Assembly: GCA_002269645.1 (NCBI GenBank)
Contig: NIVC01001378.1
Span: 237,465 to 301,464 of the forward strand
Direction of reading: 5' to 3'
DNA length: 64,000 bases
Source: Macrostomum lignano
Taxonomy: Eukaryota
The notes below the pieces were generated by a model, which saw only the letters and a list, made by a program, of their open reading frames with translations, did no database searches and was not told the DNA's origin. This document shows, in pieces, positions 35,189-50,718 of the stretch. Position 1 is the first letter of the stretch. The number at the start of each line of letters is the position of its first letter. The position numbers were made by a program, and so were the translations under genes.

Positions 35189-37959
35189 AAATTACTTTCT
35201 CGTTAAGCAGTCTAAAAATCATTATTCGATCTAATCTTATTATTTATACACGCATTGCATATATTCTACTCATGCCAGTAGTATCAAAGCGAATGATCAG
35301 TTGTTTTAATGCCCATTACAATTTTTATCATTAAAAGCCAAGTAATTAGTCAGAAAACTATGCAATACAATAAAATAGTCAAAAATTAAAATCTGCCCAT
35401 TTTTACTCAACAATTTCAGAGAACTGCAGCGCCGCGGATTGATGCCCGGATATGCCAGTTTAGACCAATTCGTCTCGAGGTTTAAGTCGTTTCATATGAG
35501 AGTTCATACAAACTTAAATAAGACTTTATAGTTCACTAATCTCACGATCAAGTCAAACTTAATAGTGCGAAGGATACAAATTTACCGAAGTTAGAAATTT
35601 TCTTAGACTTTTTTTAAATTATTAGTTTTTTAAACTTTCTTTTGTTAACAACTTCTCCGGGCTAAAATGACGATATGATAATTTTTTAATTAAATATGTT
35701 CTTGTCAACAGATCAAAGTTCCGCAGCCATTAAAAATTTATTTATTTTTTACAAGCCCAAAAGCAGTATAAAGTTGGGTATCCCGAGTGCCCATGCCCAG
35801 AACGAATCCGCGTATATTTTACGCCAAGTCACCTATCGGCTTGCTAAGAGGACACAGTTTTTATTTCCGTATCTTCGAGCTTGGCTAATTGCTTAAATTG
35901 CTTGCGGCATGCTTATCGAATGCAAGTTTCTATTATTTATACACGCATTGCATATATTCTACTCATGCCAGTAGTATCAAAGCGAATGATCAGTTGTTTT
36001 AATGCCCATTACAATTTTTATCATTAAACAATTAAAATATTCAAAGCTACGGCTTGATCAAAATTCTATATAAAAACATTTTAGTCAAAAAATCGTTCAG
36101 GTGTTGCTTTTTGTGTTGTGATTTTTTAATCCCGTGCAATATTTATCGTCCCGCGTCAAACTCGCAGCGTGCTTGTTTATTAACTATTTATTTCCAAAAA
36201 CCAGCAATTTTATTTTACACTTAACCGCTTTTGCCACTTATTTATCGCTAATATGCAGGTTAGTGGAAAATTAATAGCGCATGTAATTGCAACTCCCTGC
36301 CACTCGCCTTGTTTGCCGGTTTTTGACTCCTCATAATACATGAGCTGCTTTTTTGCCACCAGTTTATAGTTTTTTGTTTAAAACCGTACAGGTATGTTGT
36401 TTTTTTACTGTGTCGTATTATATATAAATTGACGAACTCGCTTATTATGGTAAAAAATTTCTTTGATTGACAAATTCGCTCTAATTGTCTACTCAGTGAT
36501 AGCTCGTGTAACTTGTTCACAAAATTTAATACCGTGAATCTTACATATGAGCTCGAAGATCTTTTTTTACATTGCGCGGAAATCTTTAAAAATCTGTTTG
36601 GATTTTGTTGGTTAGAAAGTCATTATAATGCGAAAAATAATGAGACAATAGTTTGAGGAAATCCTAAAATTAATAAAAATAATAAAAGTGGCACCGAAAT
36701 CTAAAAAAGAGTAAATTAAATACAAATCTATAATATAACTACTGTACTACGAACAAAAGTTGAGTACTTTATTTGTCTTTTGGCTATTAATATTAACTAT
36801 GCCCCTATAGTTATAACTTGTTAATCGCATAACCTCTGTCTGGTCCAATTTCCAGCTGATTTCTAATGCAAAAACTGACTAATGCAACAATAATAGAAAT
36901 TCTCTCGTCACTTTTTTAATAATAAAGCTTTTCGTTGAATAATCTTGATATCTGCGTTTTCTGCACGCAACTTAGGCTATATCTGAGCGCGTTTGTAGCA
37001 AATTAAAAATTCCCGCAAGCACTGTGTTAAATCGGTTTGAGATCTTCTTTTAAAACTACGCTTGCCTTACTCCAGATGCTTTTAGTGTGTCACTAAAGTC
37101 ACCTTTATATCTGCGAACATGTACTATATTAATCAGCTTTTTATGAATAACTCAAAATAACTGCTTTCTGCGAATATTATCGCTTCTGCTAAATAATAAA
37201 TGCCCTAACAATAGGCAGATCTTTATAGCAGCGTTAAATCATACCAACTTAGCACCATTTTAAAATATCGACCCCCTCTTGCAGGCAAACACAATTCCAG
37301 AACAGAATTACATAACCGTCTCTGCCTTCTAAGCTAAATTAAGACAAACCGAAAAAAAAAATAAACGCAGAATTGTCCGGCATAAAGCTAAACTTTTCGT
37401 GTTTTAATCCGTCATACAAAACGCTTAATAACTAAGCTTCATATAATTAGTGTGATCATGTTTTTTTACTTTTTTTATCGTCAATACAAGCTAGATTGTT
37501 GCGTTCCAAGCAGAAACGTTTTTTTTTGGCTACGCGTACACGCAAATAAAGCCCTGAATGCAGGCTAATTAATGGCTTATGCGATGAAAACAACAAAAAA
37601 GAGTACTAAATAATAGGATCAGCGGGCATCGTATAAAATAGTTTTCAGCAAGGTCCATGTTCCATCGCCGTATCTAATTATATGTGGATTCTAACCCAAA
37701 CCAAGCAGATGGACTAGCTGTATCATAAACAAATTTTTATAGTGCCGGACTATCTTTACAAGGTACTTATAACAAGGAAACTGGCTGCTAGTGCCTTTTG
37801 GTAACAGCAGTCATAAATCTTAATTAAATCTTTGGCCGGAGAATCTTCAGTTTGATTTCATTCAAGGAATGGCGTCGCCACTGGTGGGGGGGACTTGACT
37901 TCTTGACTCAGCTGCAGGGCTATCCCGGAGGGAGGAAGGCGAGGACGTATGGTTGGGGC

Positions 37960-39900
37960 CGCCCAGAGAGGTCCCCCAGTGTCACCAGCAGTTGCTCTCT
38001 TGAAAGGAGAATTCAGCCCTGCGGGTGGCCCGGAGGTAGCGCATGACCTGATTTAAATTTTTGGGTTTGCACGCTTTAATGGTTAATGCGTGTGGCCCGA
38101 GGTAAGTGAGTCTGGCTCCCATGAAGGCGGGGCAGATGCTGACAAAAATGCTCATCACCTGAGTTACCTTATCACCTGAGCTCATTACCTGAGCTGCAGA
38201 TATTCCAGTTAGCGTTGGTGGTGTTGCCTGCAGGTACTGGTGCCTGGAGAAGCAGCCGTGACCTGAGAGGGTCATGGTGGTAGCCCGGATGTCTCTTCGC
38301 GAAAGGCGCAAATGGAGCCTCTGGAGCTGGTGAGGGGGCTGAGGGACAGCGCCTCTGGATTGCCTTCAGGTAGCGCAGTTCGCCCAAGTTGAGCGGTGCT
38401 GTGGGTCCTGATCCACGCTTTGATGCGCTAGACGATCGATGACGCAGCTGAGAATCGGGACAATGGTGTGAGTCGGGGTCGCATGTGTACTTTACTTATG
38501 TACATCGGGCCACGCCCAATCAATATGAATCGGAGGGGTACCACACCCCAAATACATATTCACTGGTTGCGGGCTCTTGTGAGAGCCGTACTTTTTTCCA
38601 TCTCGCGCTCCGTCTGAGTTTACTCACTACAATGGCGTCGCAAGCAGGATGGGTTCGGGCCCGAGGGAGGAGCCGGAGGCGCCAACTTTTGCAAGGGCGT
38701 CAGCCAACTCATTCCTTCGGATCCCCACATGTCCCGAAATCCATTCAGGGTAATTTTGTTTTGGTAGAACCCAACATGTTCAGCAGTTTGATACAGTCGA
38801 GGACTGTAGCAGAATTGACGCTGCAGCCACTGATGGCGGCAAAGCAGCTTTGCTGTCCGAATGCAAAAATGATGCTCTTCATTTCAGCTCTGCAGTGCAG
38901 GAGCTGATGGCGAGAACTTCATTTTGGAAAACACTGAAGTTGACCCCAGCATACTGAGCGTGGGTTGCGATGACCCACCCGTTCAGGAAGATCCCAACCC
39001 CAAAGCCGGTGTTGACTGACTGCTTAGAAGCGTCGGTGTAGCAGTGGAGCTCACCAGGGTTCCAGTGGTCGTTGATGGTATCGCTTTGTTTCAGATTGAG
39101 CGTTGAGGCAATGCCATCGGTGAAGACGCGATTGGCCTGGCACTCATTGAGATGCTGAGGCACAGGTCGCTATGCGGGACAAGGTTCCGCTTAGCAGGTG
39201 CCCTCATGTAGAGAAATTTGACACCGGCTCCTGTAGACGCCGCATCGTTCGAGCCGCTCCACCCCTGACGAAGAGGTCGAGAGGCGGTAGATTAAAGAAG
39301 GCCCCGATGCCAGCAAAAGGTGTGGACCTAGTGGCGTTGCAGATAAAGCCTACACGTTCTGCCCTGGATTGCATTTTCCGTTGAAGGACCAGTTGAGCCG
39401 GTGGTCTAGTATGACCGCGGGACATCTGGTCTGTTGGGTGAGGGCGATATATCTGCTGTAAAGCTGCAGAGGCCTTATGCTCCAGCGTATTCTACTGCAG
39501 GTGAACATTATGGCAACAGTTTTGGCCTCCCAGAATTTCAAACCATTGTCATTAGTCAAGGATCCCTGAGTGTGTTGGGAAACGGTCCTGCCACAATGGC
39601 AGTGACATCGTCAGCATACTCGACTTTGAAGACGGGGTCAGGTCGGGGTCGCCCAGAAGAGCGTCCAAGGACCCTCTGAAACGCTTCGAAGATGACGTTG
39701 TACGAAGGCGCCAACACTCGAAGAAAGCGCCAACAATGTCGAGGAAAAGAGCCAGGGCGTAACACCATCACTCAGAACTGGCAGAGTCGACAGGTCTTCG
39801 GGTACCTTGGTTTTGATGGCTCCGGTTGGATCTGCCAGCAGCTAGGATCCGTAATGAAAATCGTCAAGAACATCACTTCACAGCGCCACAATAAGCGCCT
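37960..39900 (-). mobile_element. Decayed non-LTR retrotransposon with RT, RNase H and C-terminal Zn-knuckle region (I group, Loa/Lian-like)
   Basis: Minus-strand fragments in shifting frames: YALALFLDIVGAF (RT3), VEYADDVTAIV (RT5), GLKFWEAKTVAIMF...VILDHRLNW (RT6-7), NLPPLDLFV, YTDASK...SVFQNEVLAI and WISGHVGIRRNELADALAK (RNase H), LSGHGCFSRHQYLQ...ICPAFMGAR; multiple stops and frameshifts. Confidence 0.88.
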
Positions 39901-41154
39901 GAGGCGCCGGCGCCAAAATGAGAAGCAACAACACCGATACCTGAAATAATATCGGATTTTTACGGTATGGAATCTTGGCGCTGTCTCCTCACCATAAAAT
40001 CCATGCCGAAATCCCTGGTCGTTTAAATGCATGGTTCTGATGTGAAGGGTTGTAGAGCTGAATACAATGTCTGTAGGGGGAGAGGTGCGTCTGGCAATTA
40101 ACGCCATTTAGGGCCAAACCCCAAGGCACAGTGAATTGTAAATGCCTAACGATATATAAAGGTAAAGCCGCCGTACACTCCTGTGTGAGTGTGTGCCTGT
40201 GCTTCTATGTCTGCGTACGTATCCGCGCGCTTGTATGCCTGCTCAGGGGAGTCGGCGGAATGCATAGGCAGTGATGCTTCTCGCCGGTTGTGTGACAATG
40301 TCGCTTATAGTGCGTCAGGGTGTCTGTCTGTCTGTCTGTCTGCCAGTCAATCAACAGACATGATATACAGGACGCCAAAATCATAGGCTGATGCGTGGCC
40401 CAGCATGGCTAGATGTCCAGGACCAGGCCGGAAAGAGTGGGACAGAAGCAAAAGTCCACCGCAGAGACCAAAAGCAGGCAGCGGAAATTGGTGATCAGAG
40501 CTACAGGAGAGAATCGGATGAGAAAAATAAAATGCAAGCTTCGCTCGCCGGAGAGCAGAGGTCGTGACGCTGGGCTCCTCATCATTCTTTCTCAATTTGC
40601 CTGACTCGACTCCCGTCTGGCGTGTCTCTCTTTTGTCTCGGGGGCAAAAGCGGCCCCTTCTAGTGATTGCTTCCTTTGACCCAGTCTTCATCCTCTTTCG
40701 TGCTTGAAGCATCTTCTATGAGTATATTTATTTCAGCATTTCTCGTCCCAACGGAGGCCTCTCCTATTTGAAACCAGTTCGTTTGCCCAGTGACCTCCGT
40801 TGGTTTTGGCTGGCTCTTCCACGTTCCCTGCCCGCCTCTTCAAGCCGGCTCTATTCATACTGGCTCATGATATGATTCTGCTCAAGCAATCAGTGTTGTC
40901 AAGGCATTCTGGGTGCTCCCTTCTCTCGCTGACAATGAGTAAAGAGTTTTTAACAAGAACAATAATGGTTTAACTATTGCAACAGATGCGAGCAGATGCC
41001 GTGAGGTAAACGCGTCCGTCCAACTCTCGTGCCACGACCCAACCGGTCATGTATAAAAGTTAAAAGAATTCACTTGCGTAATTTACGCTATGAGCACAGG
41101 GAATAGAGATGATATGAAAATTGTGCTTGCTTGTGTCTTGGTGCGTCTGCCTGT

Positions 41155-41159
41155 CCTAG

Positions 41160-41207
<48 letters not shown>

Positions 41208-41223
41208 CTAGTGTCTGTCTGTG

Positions 41224-41268
<45 letters not shown>

Positions 41269-41361
41269 GCCTGTCCTAGTGTCTGTCTGTGTGTCTGTCT
41301 GCCTGTCTGTCTGTCTGCCTGTCCTAGTGTCTGTGTGTTTGTGTCTGTCTGTCTGTCTGGC

Positions 41362-41393
<32 letters not shown>

Positions 41394-41465
41394 CTAGTGT
41401 CTGTCTGTGTGTCTGTGTGTCTGTCTGCCTGTCTGTCTGTCTGCCTGTCCTAGTGTCTGTGTGTG

Positions 41466-41545
<80 letters not shown>

Positions 41546-41631
41546 CTAGTGTCTGTCTGTGTGTCAGTGTGTCTGTGTGTCTGTGTGTGTGTGTGTATCT
41601 GTCTGTCTGTCTGTCTGTCTGCCTGTCCTAG

Positions 41632-41667
<36 letters not shown>

Positions 41668-41670
41668 AGT
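41155..41670. repeat. (GTCT)n compound microsatellite
   Basis: Direct. Confidence 0.96.
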
Positions 41671-42169
41671 CTGTCAATCTTTCTCTCAGCCTTTATCCTG
41701 TTCCGTTCGGAACAAGAAATATTGTTGGAGAAGAGAGTGAAAGGGATGCTTCACTCAGTCAGCAAAGCAAACAGACGCACTACGGTGAGCTTGCTGGCTT
41801 CTAGAATAGAAAAAGAACAAACGGACGACTTCAATATCGCTCGTATGTTACGCAGACAGCTTCCTCGTTCGTGCTTCTATTTGCATTAGTCACCCCATCT
41901 ACACTATTCTGTAGTTAGAGGTTGGCGCTGAGACTGAGAGGGCTTCGAGTCGAATAAGAGAGCAGCCAAAAGTCCAGCTTAGCGGGGGTCGGGAGGCCCT
42001 TAATTAAGACTGTCGTGGAGATCACAGATTAGAAGAGGCTGCGTGGCTGTCGAAGTCAGAAATGAAAGAAGGGGTCGAAAATTCGATTTTACAGACACCT
42101 AGAGTTCACCGAGCACGTTAATCCCAATGAGCTTAAGGACAGACGATGGCTCGTATTACCTACCTCCCT

Positions 42170-43255
42170 ACCTTATCAAATCACTATTTAATCAGCTCGC
42201 GTCTCATATCAAATTATTCAATCAGCTTGACTCCCTTATCAAATCATTATTCAATCAGCCTGCCCTTTCTTCTCAAATCATTGTTCAATCAGCTTGACTC
42301 CCTTATCAAATCATTATTCAACCAGCTTGACTCCTTTATCAAATCATTATTCAATTAGTTCCCCTCCATTATCAAATCATTATTCAACCAGCTTGACTCC
42401 TTTATCAAATCATTATTCAATCAGTTCCCCTCCATTATCAAATCATTATTCCATCAGCTTGACTCCTTTATCAAATCATTATTCAATCAGTTCCCCTCCA
42501 TTATCAAATCATTATTCCATCAGCTTGACTCCTTTATCAAATCATTATTCAATCAGTTCCCCTCCATTATCAAATCATTATTCCATCAGCTTGACTCCTT
42601 TATCAAATCATTATTCAATCAGTTCCCCTCCATTATCAAATCATTATTCAACCAGCTTGACTCCTTTATCAAATCATTATTCAATCAGTTCCCCTCCATT
42701 ATCAAATCATTATTCCATCAGCTTGACTCCTTTATCAAATCATTATTCCATCAGCTTGACTCCTTTATCAAATCATTATTCAACCAGCTTGACTCCTTTA
42801 TCAGATCATTATTCAATCAGTTCCCCTCCTTTATCAAATCATTATTCAATCAGCTTGACTCCTTTATCAAATCATTATTCAACCAGCTTGACTCCTTTAT
42901 CAAATCATTATTCCATCAGCTTGACTCCTTTATCAAATCATTATTCAACCAGCTTGACTCCTTTATCAAATCATTATTCAATCAGTTCCCCTCAATTATC
43001 AAATCATTATTCCATCAGCTTGACTCCTTTATCAAATCATTATTCCATCAGCTTGACTCCTTTATCAAATCATTATTCAACCAGCTTGACTCCTTTATCA
43101 GATCATTATTCAACCAGCTTGACTCCTTTATCAGATCATTATTCAACCAGCTTGACTCCCTTATCAAATCATTATTCAACCAGCTTGACTCCTTTATCAA
43201 ACCATTATTCAACCAGCTTGACTCCTTTATCAAATCATTATTCAATCAACTTACC
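42170..43255. repeat. 33-bp minisatellite, stop-free in one plus frame
   Basis: Unit ttatcaaatcattattcaatcagcttgactcct, about 33 copies. Confidence 0.96.
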
Positions 43256-43814
43256 TTTGACGTCAGCAGTGAATTTGGAAAGCTGTTCCTTCTCACATCA
43301 ACGGGGTCCTGACAGACACAGCCAATTGAAGCAAGCAGGAACAACTGAAGGGAAGAACTCTGATTGGTTTGCACAGAATTTATTCCCTCAGCTGCCATCC
43401 TGCAGGATGAATGGACGGTAAGACGCGAAACTGTTGGGAGAATGAAAATAGAGGCCAATATAAAAGAGCCTTTTAACTTTCCAGCGAACAGGATTCTAAC
43501 GCTTTCACCCCCGGCATCCGCTTGCACTTTTCACCTTTTCTTTCCCTCTATAAGAAAGTAATTTCTTCAAAGAGAGCATTGTCGTTATTCACAAAGAAAA
43601 GTAGAAACCTTTTTTCTCAAAGAAACCAACTCTATTCAGCCCTAATTACCGCCCACGAAAAGGCACAGGTGAGCTAAATGAGTTGCCTAAATGAATATTT
43701 GCATGATCAGCTCAAGCGGCATGCACAGGTAGTCAAGAATCAAGAGACTGACTTTTATTTATAACGCATTTGTGCAAGAACTGTGGATACAAGGTGAGTG
43801 GAAAGAGAAAGAGG

Positions 43815-44735
<921 letters not shown>

Positions 44736-46427
44736 TATATGGAGATCCTGTCATCTCCTCGATTCTTAGAAAGCAAAATGTTAAAATTCCTTCTGTTTTT
44801 CTTGTTCGCCATGCCAATGCCAATCTATCCCACGCATTCATCAGTTAATCAAATTACTTTATAATAAAACCTCACTTAAAGAGAATCATTCAGTCGGGAA
44901 AATTTCATTTCAGCTTGAGCAGAGCTGAGCTAGCTGGTATTAGAAAATCTGTTTAATTCGCATATTTTTGCTTTTGAACAACTACTCCGCAAGTTCCGCT
45001 ATGGGACAACAAGCCAAGCCGCTTCGTGACTGTCACAAATTTGACTAATAAGCAATTTTAAGGTTTACTATATTTGGCATTACACTTTCCTGCAATTACT
45101 TTTTCTAACTTGTCTGCCCTGCCTCAATGGATCAGTTAGTCTTCATTCAATCTAATCTCACCTTCTTTCTCCTATAATCTGTAGCTCATTGACAATCTCT
45201 TACCCTCTTACCCCGCTAATCGCTCACTTTCTCCATAATAATCTAAATCATTTTTTCTCACCCCTATCTCCCCAATAATATCACCCCTATCTCTCCGATA
45301 ATCTCATTCCTATCTCCTCGAGAATCTCCCCCCACTTAACGATAATCTAGCCCCTCTTCTAATAATCTCACCCTTACTCTCCTAAATAATCTCAACTTCG
45401 TTCCATCGATCTTAAAACCATCTTTCAAAATCAATCTCAACCTTTTCCATGTTAATCTCTTCATCTAAATCTAAGCATGTATTCTCCGATGGGACATCTG
45501 ATACATACTTAGCCTACACCAACATTGCCCAGTACCGATTGAATCCCACTTTGGGATTAGTTACGTATATCGTTCAATCCCTTTCACTTCGGGGGAGTGC
45601 AAAATCGTTAGCAAATCAAATTTATGTCACACTTGATTAGGCGGTGCTGAGCTCTGCACCCCTTAAACTTATCAAATTGTTAAATCGGCTACCATGAGCA
45701 GTCACAAATACGCACAGGCACACACTCACACAGGAGTGTACAGCGGTTCTAACTTTATTTATCGTTAGACATGTACATTTTACTGTGCCTTGGGGGTTGT
45801 TGGCCCTCAAGCTGGGCGTTAATTGCACGAGCAGAGCCAAGCCAAGATTTCACTGGGCCACTGGCCACCAAGGGCTGCGTTAGAGCAGAGCTCAACTGAT
45901 AACTCTCTTATCTCTGAAACTGTCAGACAAAGGCAAAAAGTCCATCTATTTTTCCTCTCTCAACCTTCCTTTCTGCCCCCATCTCCCTCTCGATCAGTCA
46001 GTCTTGACCTGAAAATTAATAAACTTTGTTTATTCGCATCGATTAACTCGGCTGGGCCTTCGTCTTCTCGGAAAAAAACTTTTCCAAACTAATAGAGAGT
46101 CTGCAAAAGCAAAATAAGTTACAAGCTTAGTCAACTTTTCTTTTCTAATGCAGAGATAGGATTGCTTTAGAAAGGAAAAATATCCCAGTCAAGAATTGGG
46201 ATCGGGGAAGTTTATCCCAGTTGAGCTGGCTGGGATCTCGGAGCGTAAAGAAACTGCTTTGCATGATGTCGAGAGGGAATCAAAAATTGTTGGTCAACAC
46301 TTTTCTGCGACTGACAGCGAAGCAACATGAATGCTGGTTAACAACATCCAGTGTTAGTCATGCGAATTGAGGCCGCTCTGCGCTACTAGCATACCACTCT
46401 ATCTTAGAATTATATCATTTCAACAAG

Positions 46428-48790
46428 ATTCTATCTTCGATTCTATCTCCGATTCTATCCTCATCTTGACATGATTCTATCTCCGATTCTATCCTCATCT
46501 TGACATGATTCTATCTCCGGTTCTATCCTCATCTTGACATGATTCTATCTCCGGTTCTATCCTCATCTTGACATGATACTATCTCCGATTCTATCCTCAG
46601 CTTGACATGATTCTATCTCCGATTCTATCCTCAGCTTGACATGATTCTATCTCCGATTCTATCCTCAGCTTGACATGATTCTATCTCCGATTCTATCCTC
46701 ATCTTGACATGATTCTATCTCCGATTCTATCCTCAGCTTGACATGATTCTATCTCCGATTCTATCCTCATCTTGACATGATACTATCTCCGATTCTATCC
46801 TAATATTGACATGATTCTATCTCCGATTCTATCCTCATCTTGACATGATACTATCTCCGATTCTATCCTCATCTTGACATGATTCTATCTCCGATTCTAT
46901 CCTCATCTTGACATGATTCTATCTCCGATTCTATCCTCAGCTTGACATGATTCTATCTCCGATTCTATCCTCATCTTGACATGATTCTATCTCCGATTCT
47001 ATCCTAATATTGACATGATTCTATCTCCGATTCTATCCTCATCTTGACATGATTCTATCTCCGATTCTATCCTCATCTTGACATGATACTATCTCCGATT
47101 CTATCCTCATCTTGATATGATTCTATCTCCGGTTCTATCCTCATCTTGACATGATTCTATCTCCGATTCTATCCTAATATTGACATGCTTCTATCTCCGA
47201 TTCTATCCTCATCTTGACATGATTCTATCTCCGATTCTATCCTCATCTTGACATGATTCTATCTCCGGTTCTATCCTCATCTTGACATGATTCTATCTCC
47301 GATTCTATCCTCATTTTGACATGATTCTATCTCCGGTTCTATCCTCATCTTGATATGATTCTATCTCCGGTTCTATCCTAATCTTGACATGATTCTATCT
47401 CCGGTTCTATCCTCATCTTGACATGATTCTATCTCCGATTCTATCCTAATATTGACATGATTCTATCTCCGATTCTATCCTCATCTTGACATGATTCTAT
47501 CTCCGATTCTATCCTCATCTTGACATGATACTATCTCCGATTCTATCCTCATCTTGATATGATTCTATCTCCGATTCTATCCTCATCTTGACATGATTCT
47601 ATCTCCGGTTCTATCCTCATCTTGACATGATTCTATCTCCGGTTCTATCCTCATCTTGACATGATACTATCTCCGATTCTATCCTCAGCTTGACATGATT
47701 CTATCTCCGATTCTATCCTCAGCTTGACATGATTCTATCTCCGATTCTATCCTCAGCTTGACATGATTCTATCTCCGATTCTATCCTCATCTTGACATGA
47801 TTCTATCTCCGATTCTATCCTCAGCTTGACATGATTCTATCTCCGATTCTATCCTCATCTTGACATGATACTATCTCCGATTCTATCCTAATATTGACAT
47901 GATTCTATCTCCGATTCTATCCTCATCTTGACATGATACTATCTCCGATTCTATCCTCATCTTGACATGATTCTATCTCCGGTTCTATCCTCATCTTGAC
48001 ATGATTCTATCTCCGATTCTATCCTCAGCTTGACATGATTCTATCTCCGATTCTATCCTCATCTTGACATGATTCTATCTCCGATTCTATCCTAATATTG
48101 ACATGATTCTATCTCCGATTCTATCCTCATCTTGACATGATTCTATCTCCGATTCTATCCTCAGCTTGACATGATACTATCTCCGATTCTATCCTCATCT
48201 TGATATGATTCTATCTCCGATTCTATCCTCAGCTTGACATGATTCTATCTCCGATTCTATCCTCATCTTGACATGATTCTATCTCCGATTCTATCCTCAG
48301 CTTGACATGATTCTATCTCCGATTCTATCCTCATCTTGACATGATTCTATCTCCGATTCTATCCTAATATTGACATGATTCTATCTCCGATTCTATCCTC
48401 ATCTTGACATGATACTATCTCCGATTCTATCCTCATCTTGACATGATACTATCTCCGATTCTATCCTCATCTTGATATGATTCTATCTCCGGTTCTATCC
48501 TCATCTTGACATGATTCTATCTCCGATTCTATCCTAATATTGACATGCTTCTATCTCCGATTCTATCCTCATCTTGACATGATTCTATCTCCGATTCTAT
48601 CCTAATATTGACATGATTCTATCTCCGGTTCTATCCTCATCTTGACATGATTCTATCTCCAATTCTATCGTCATCTTGACATGATTCTATCTCCGATTCT
48701 ATCCTCATCTTGACATGATTCTATCTCCGATTCTATCCTAATCTTGACATGATACTATCTCCGATTCTATCCTCATCTTGACATGATTCT
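46428..48790. repeat. 34-bp satellite, ~69 copies
   Basis: Unit attctatctccgattctatcctcatcttgacatg. Confidence 0.98.
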
Positions 48791-49094
48791 AAGTTGATTT
48801 CTTACAGTGCAAAAATCAATGAGGACAATGCAAGGTCACGTGCGTAGGGTCAAGAAAGATAATTAGAAAGAATTATTTTTCCCAGAACTGTTCTTGAATT
48901 GCTAGAAGTTCTCAACAATATTTCGTTCGCATTGTGTACTTTACAGTGCCTTTTGCCTCTCTAAACCTGAAGTCTGAGCTGATTCTATGTGCAACACGCT
49001 TCTGTGGCCCCTTTATAAATATCTAATGGTAACCCTTTGTACCCTTTGCCCTAGTGGCCCTTCCTTGCTACCCCTGTATCTCTCTATCACAGTA

Positions 49095-49850
49095 TGTCTC
49101 TATCGAAATACTCCTTCCTCTCTACCCCAGTGTCTCTATCCCAATACCCCTTTCTCTCTACCCCAGTGTGTCTCTATCCCAATACCCCTTCCTCTCTACC
49201 CCAGTGTGTCTCTATCCCAATACCCCTCCCTCTCTTACCCCAGTGTGTCTCTATCCCAATACCCCTCCCTCTCTACCCCAGTGTGTCTCTATCCCAATAC
49301 CCCTCCCTCTCTACCCCAGTGTGTCGCTATCCCAATACCCCTTCCTCTCTACCCCAGTGTGTCTCTATCCCAATACCCCTTCCTCTCTACCCCAGTGTGT
49401 CTCTACCCCAATACCCATTCCTCTCTACCCCAGTGTGTCTCTATCCCAATACCCCTTTCTCTCTACCCCAGTGTGTCTCTATCCCAATACCCCTCCCTCT
49501 CTCTACCCCAGTGTGTCTCTATCCCAATACCCATCCCTCTCTTACCCCAGTGTGTCTCTATCCCAATACCCCTCCCTCTCTACCCCAGTGTGTCTCTATC
49601 CCAATACCCATTCCTCTCTACCCCAGTGTCTCTATCCCAATACCCCTCCCTCTCTACCCCAGTGTGTCTCTATCCCAATACCCATCCCTCTCTTACCCCA
49701 GTGTGTCTCTATCCCAATACCCCTTCCTCTCTACCCCAGTGTGTCTCTATCCCAATACCCCTCCCTCTCTACCCCAGTGTGTCTCTATCCCAATACCCAT
49801 TCCCTCTCTACCCCAGTTTGTCTCTATCCCAATACCCATTCCTCTCTACC
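49095..49850. repeat. 38-bp pyrimidine-rich minisatellite
   Basis: Unit gtgtctctatcccaatacccctccctctctaccccagt. Confidence 0.95.
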
Positions 49851-50337
49851 TCCCGTATCTCTTTACCCCAATAACCCGTTTCCTTTGCCCTCCTATTCCT
49901 TCCTATTCCTTTACCCTCTTCTTCCTCTGCACTCGCGCTCACTCACAAACCACCCAACCGTACACACATTTTAATTTAGTGCATCTAAAGTCAATCACCA
50001 TTCTATCCCGAATTTTTTATCTGAAAATCTTCCATGCTTCAGTCGCTCCAAATCCCCTTTCAAGTCGGCACCCAAAGCCGCGGCGGCAGCATTAAACAAA
50101 GCCAAAAAAGAAAGGTCTAACACTAATCCGACTGTAACAGACAAGCGGTTAATGAGTTTCCAAAAGCTGGCCAGGGACAAAAGGAGAAACAAGAAAGATT
50201 TGCATGTTTCTCCCGGATATGAAGATAATCCCAAGAAGGATTTAGCGGCTCCAAACACAGCTTATCGACTAATAAATGGCTTTGGTATATGCTACCCATC
50301 ATCAGCTTGCGGCACGCCTTCCCAAAACCGACGATTG

Positions 50338-50514
<177 letters not shown>

Positions 50515-50718
50515 GTTAAAGCTCGATCGAAGATAAAGTGGCCAATATACGAAACCAGTATTTCTGAAACAAAAGACTAATCATTATAGTCCAAACACTC
50601 CAAGTCCACATCCAAGAATTTTAACCTTTTACAATCTACATTTACGAGTGCAGCCAAAAGCTAATAGAAGTTCGACTATTAGTCAGTTTACAGTTAAGGC
50701 AAAACAAAACGCAGGAAA

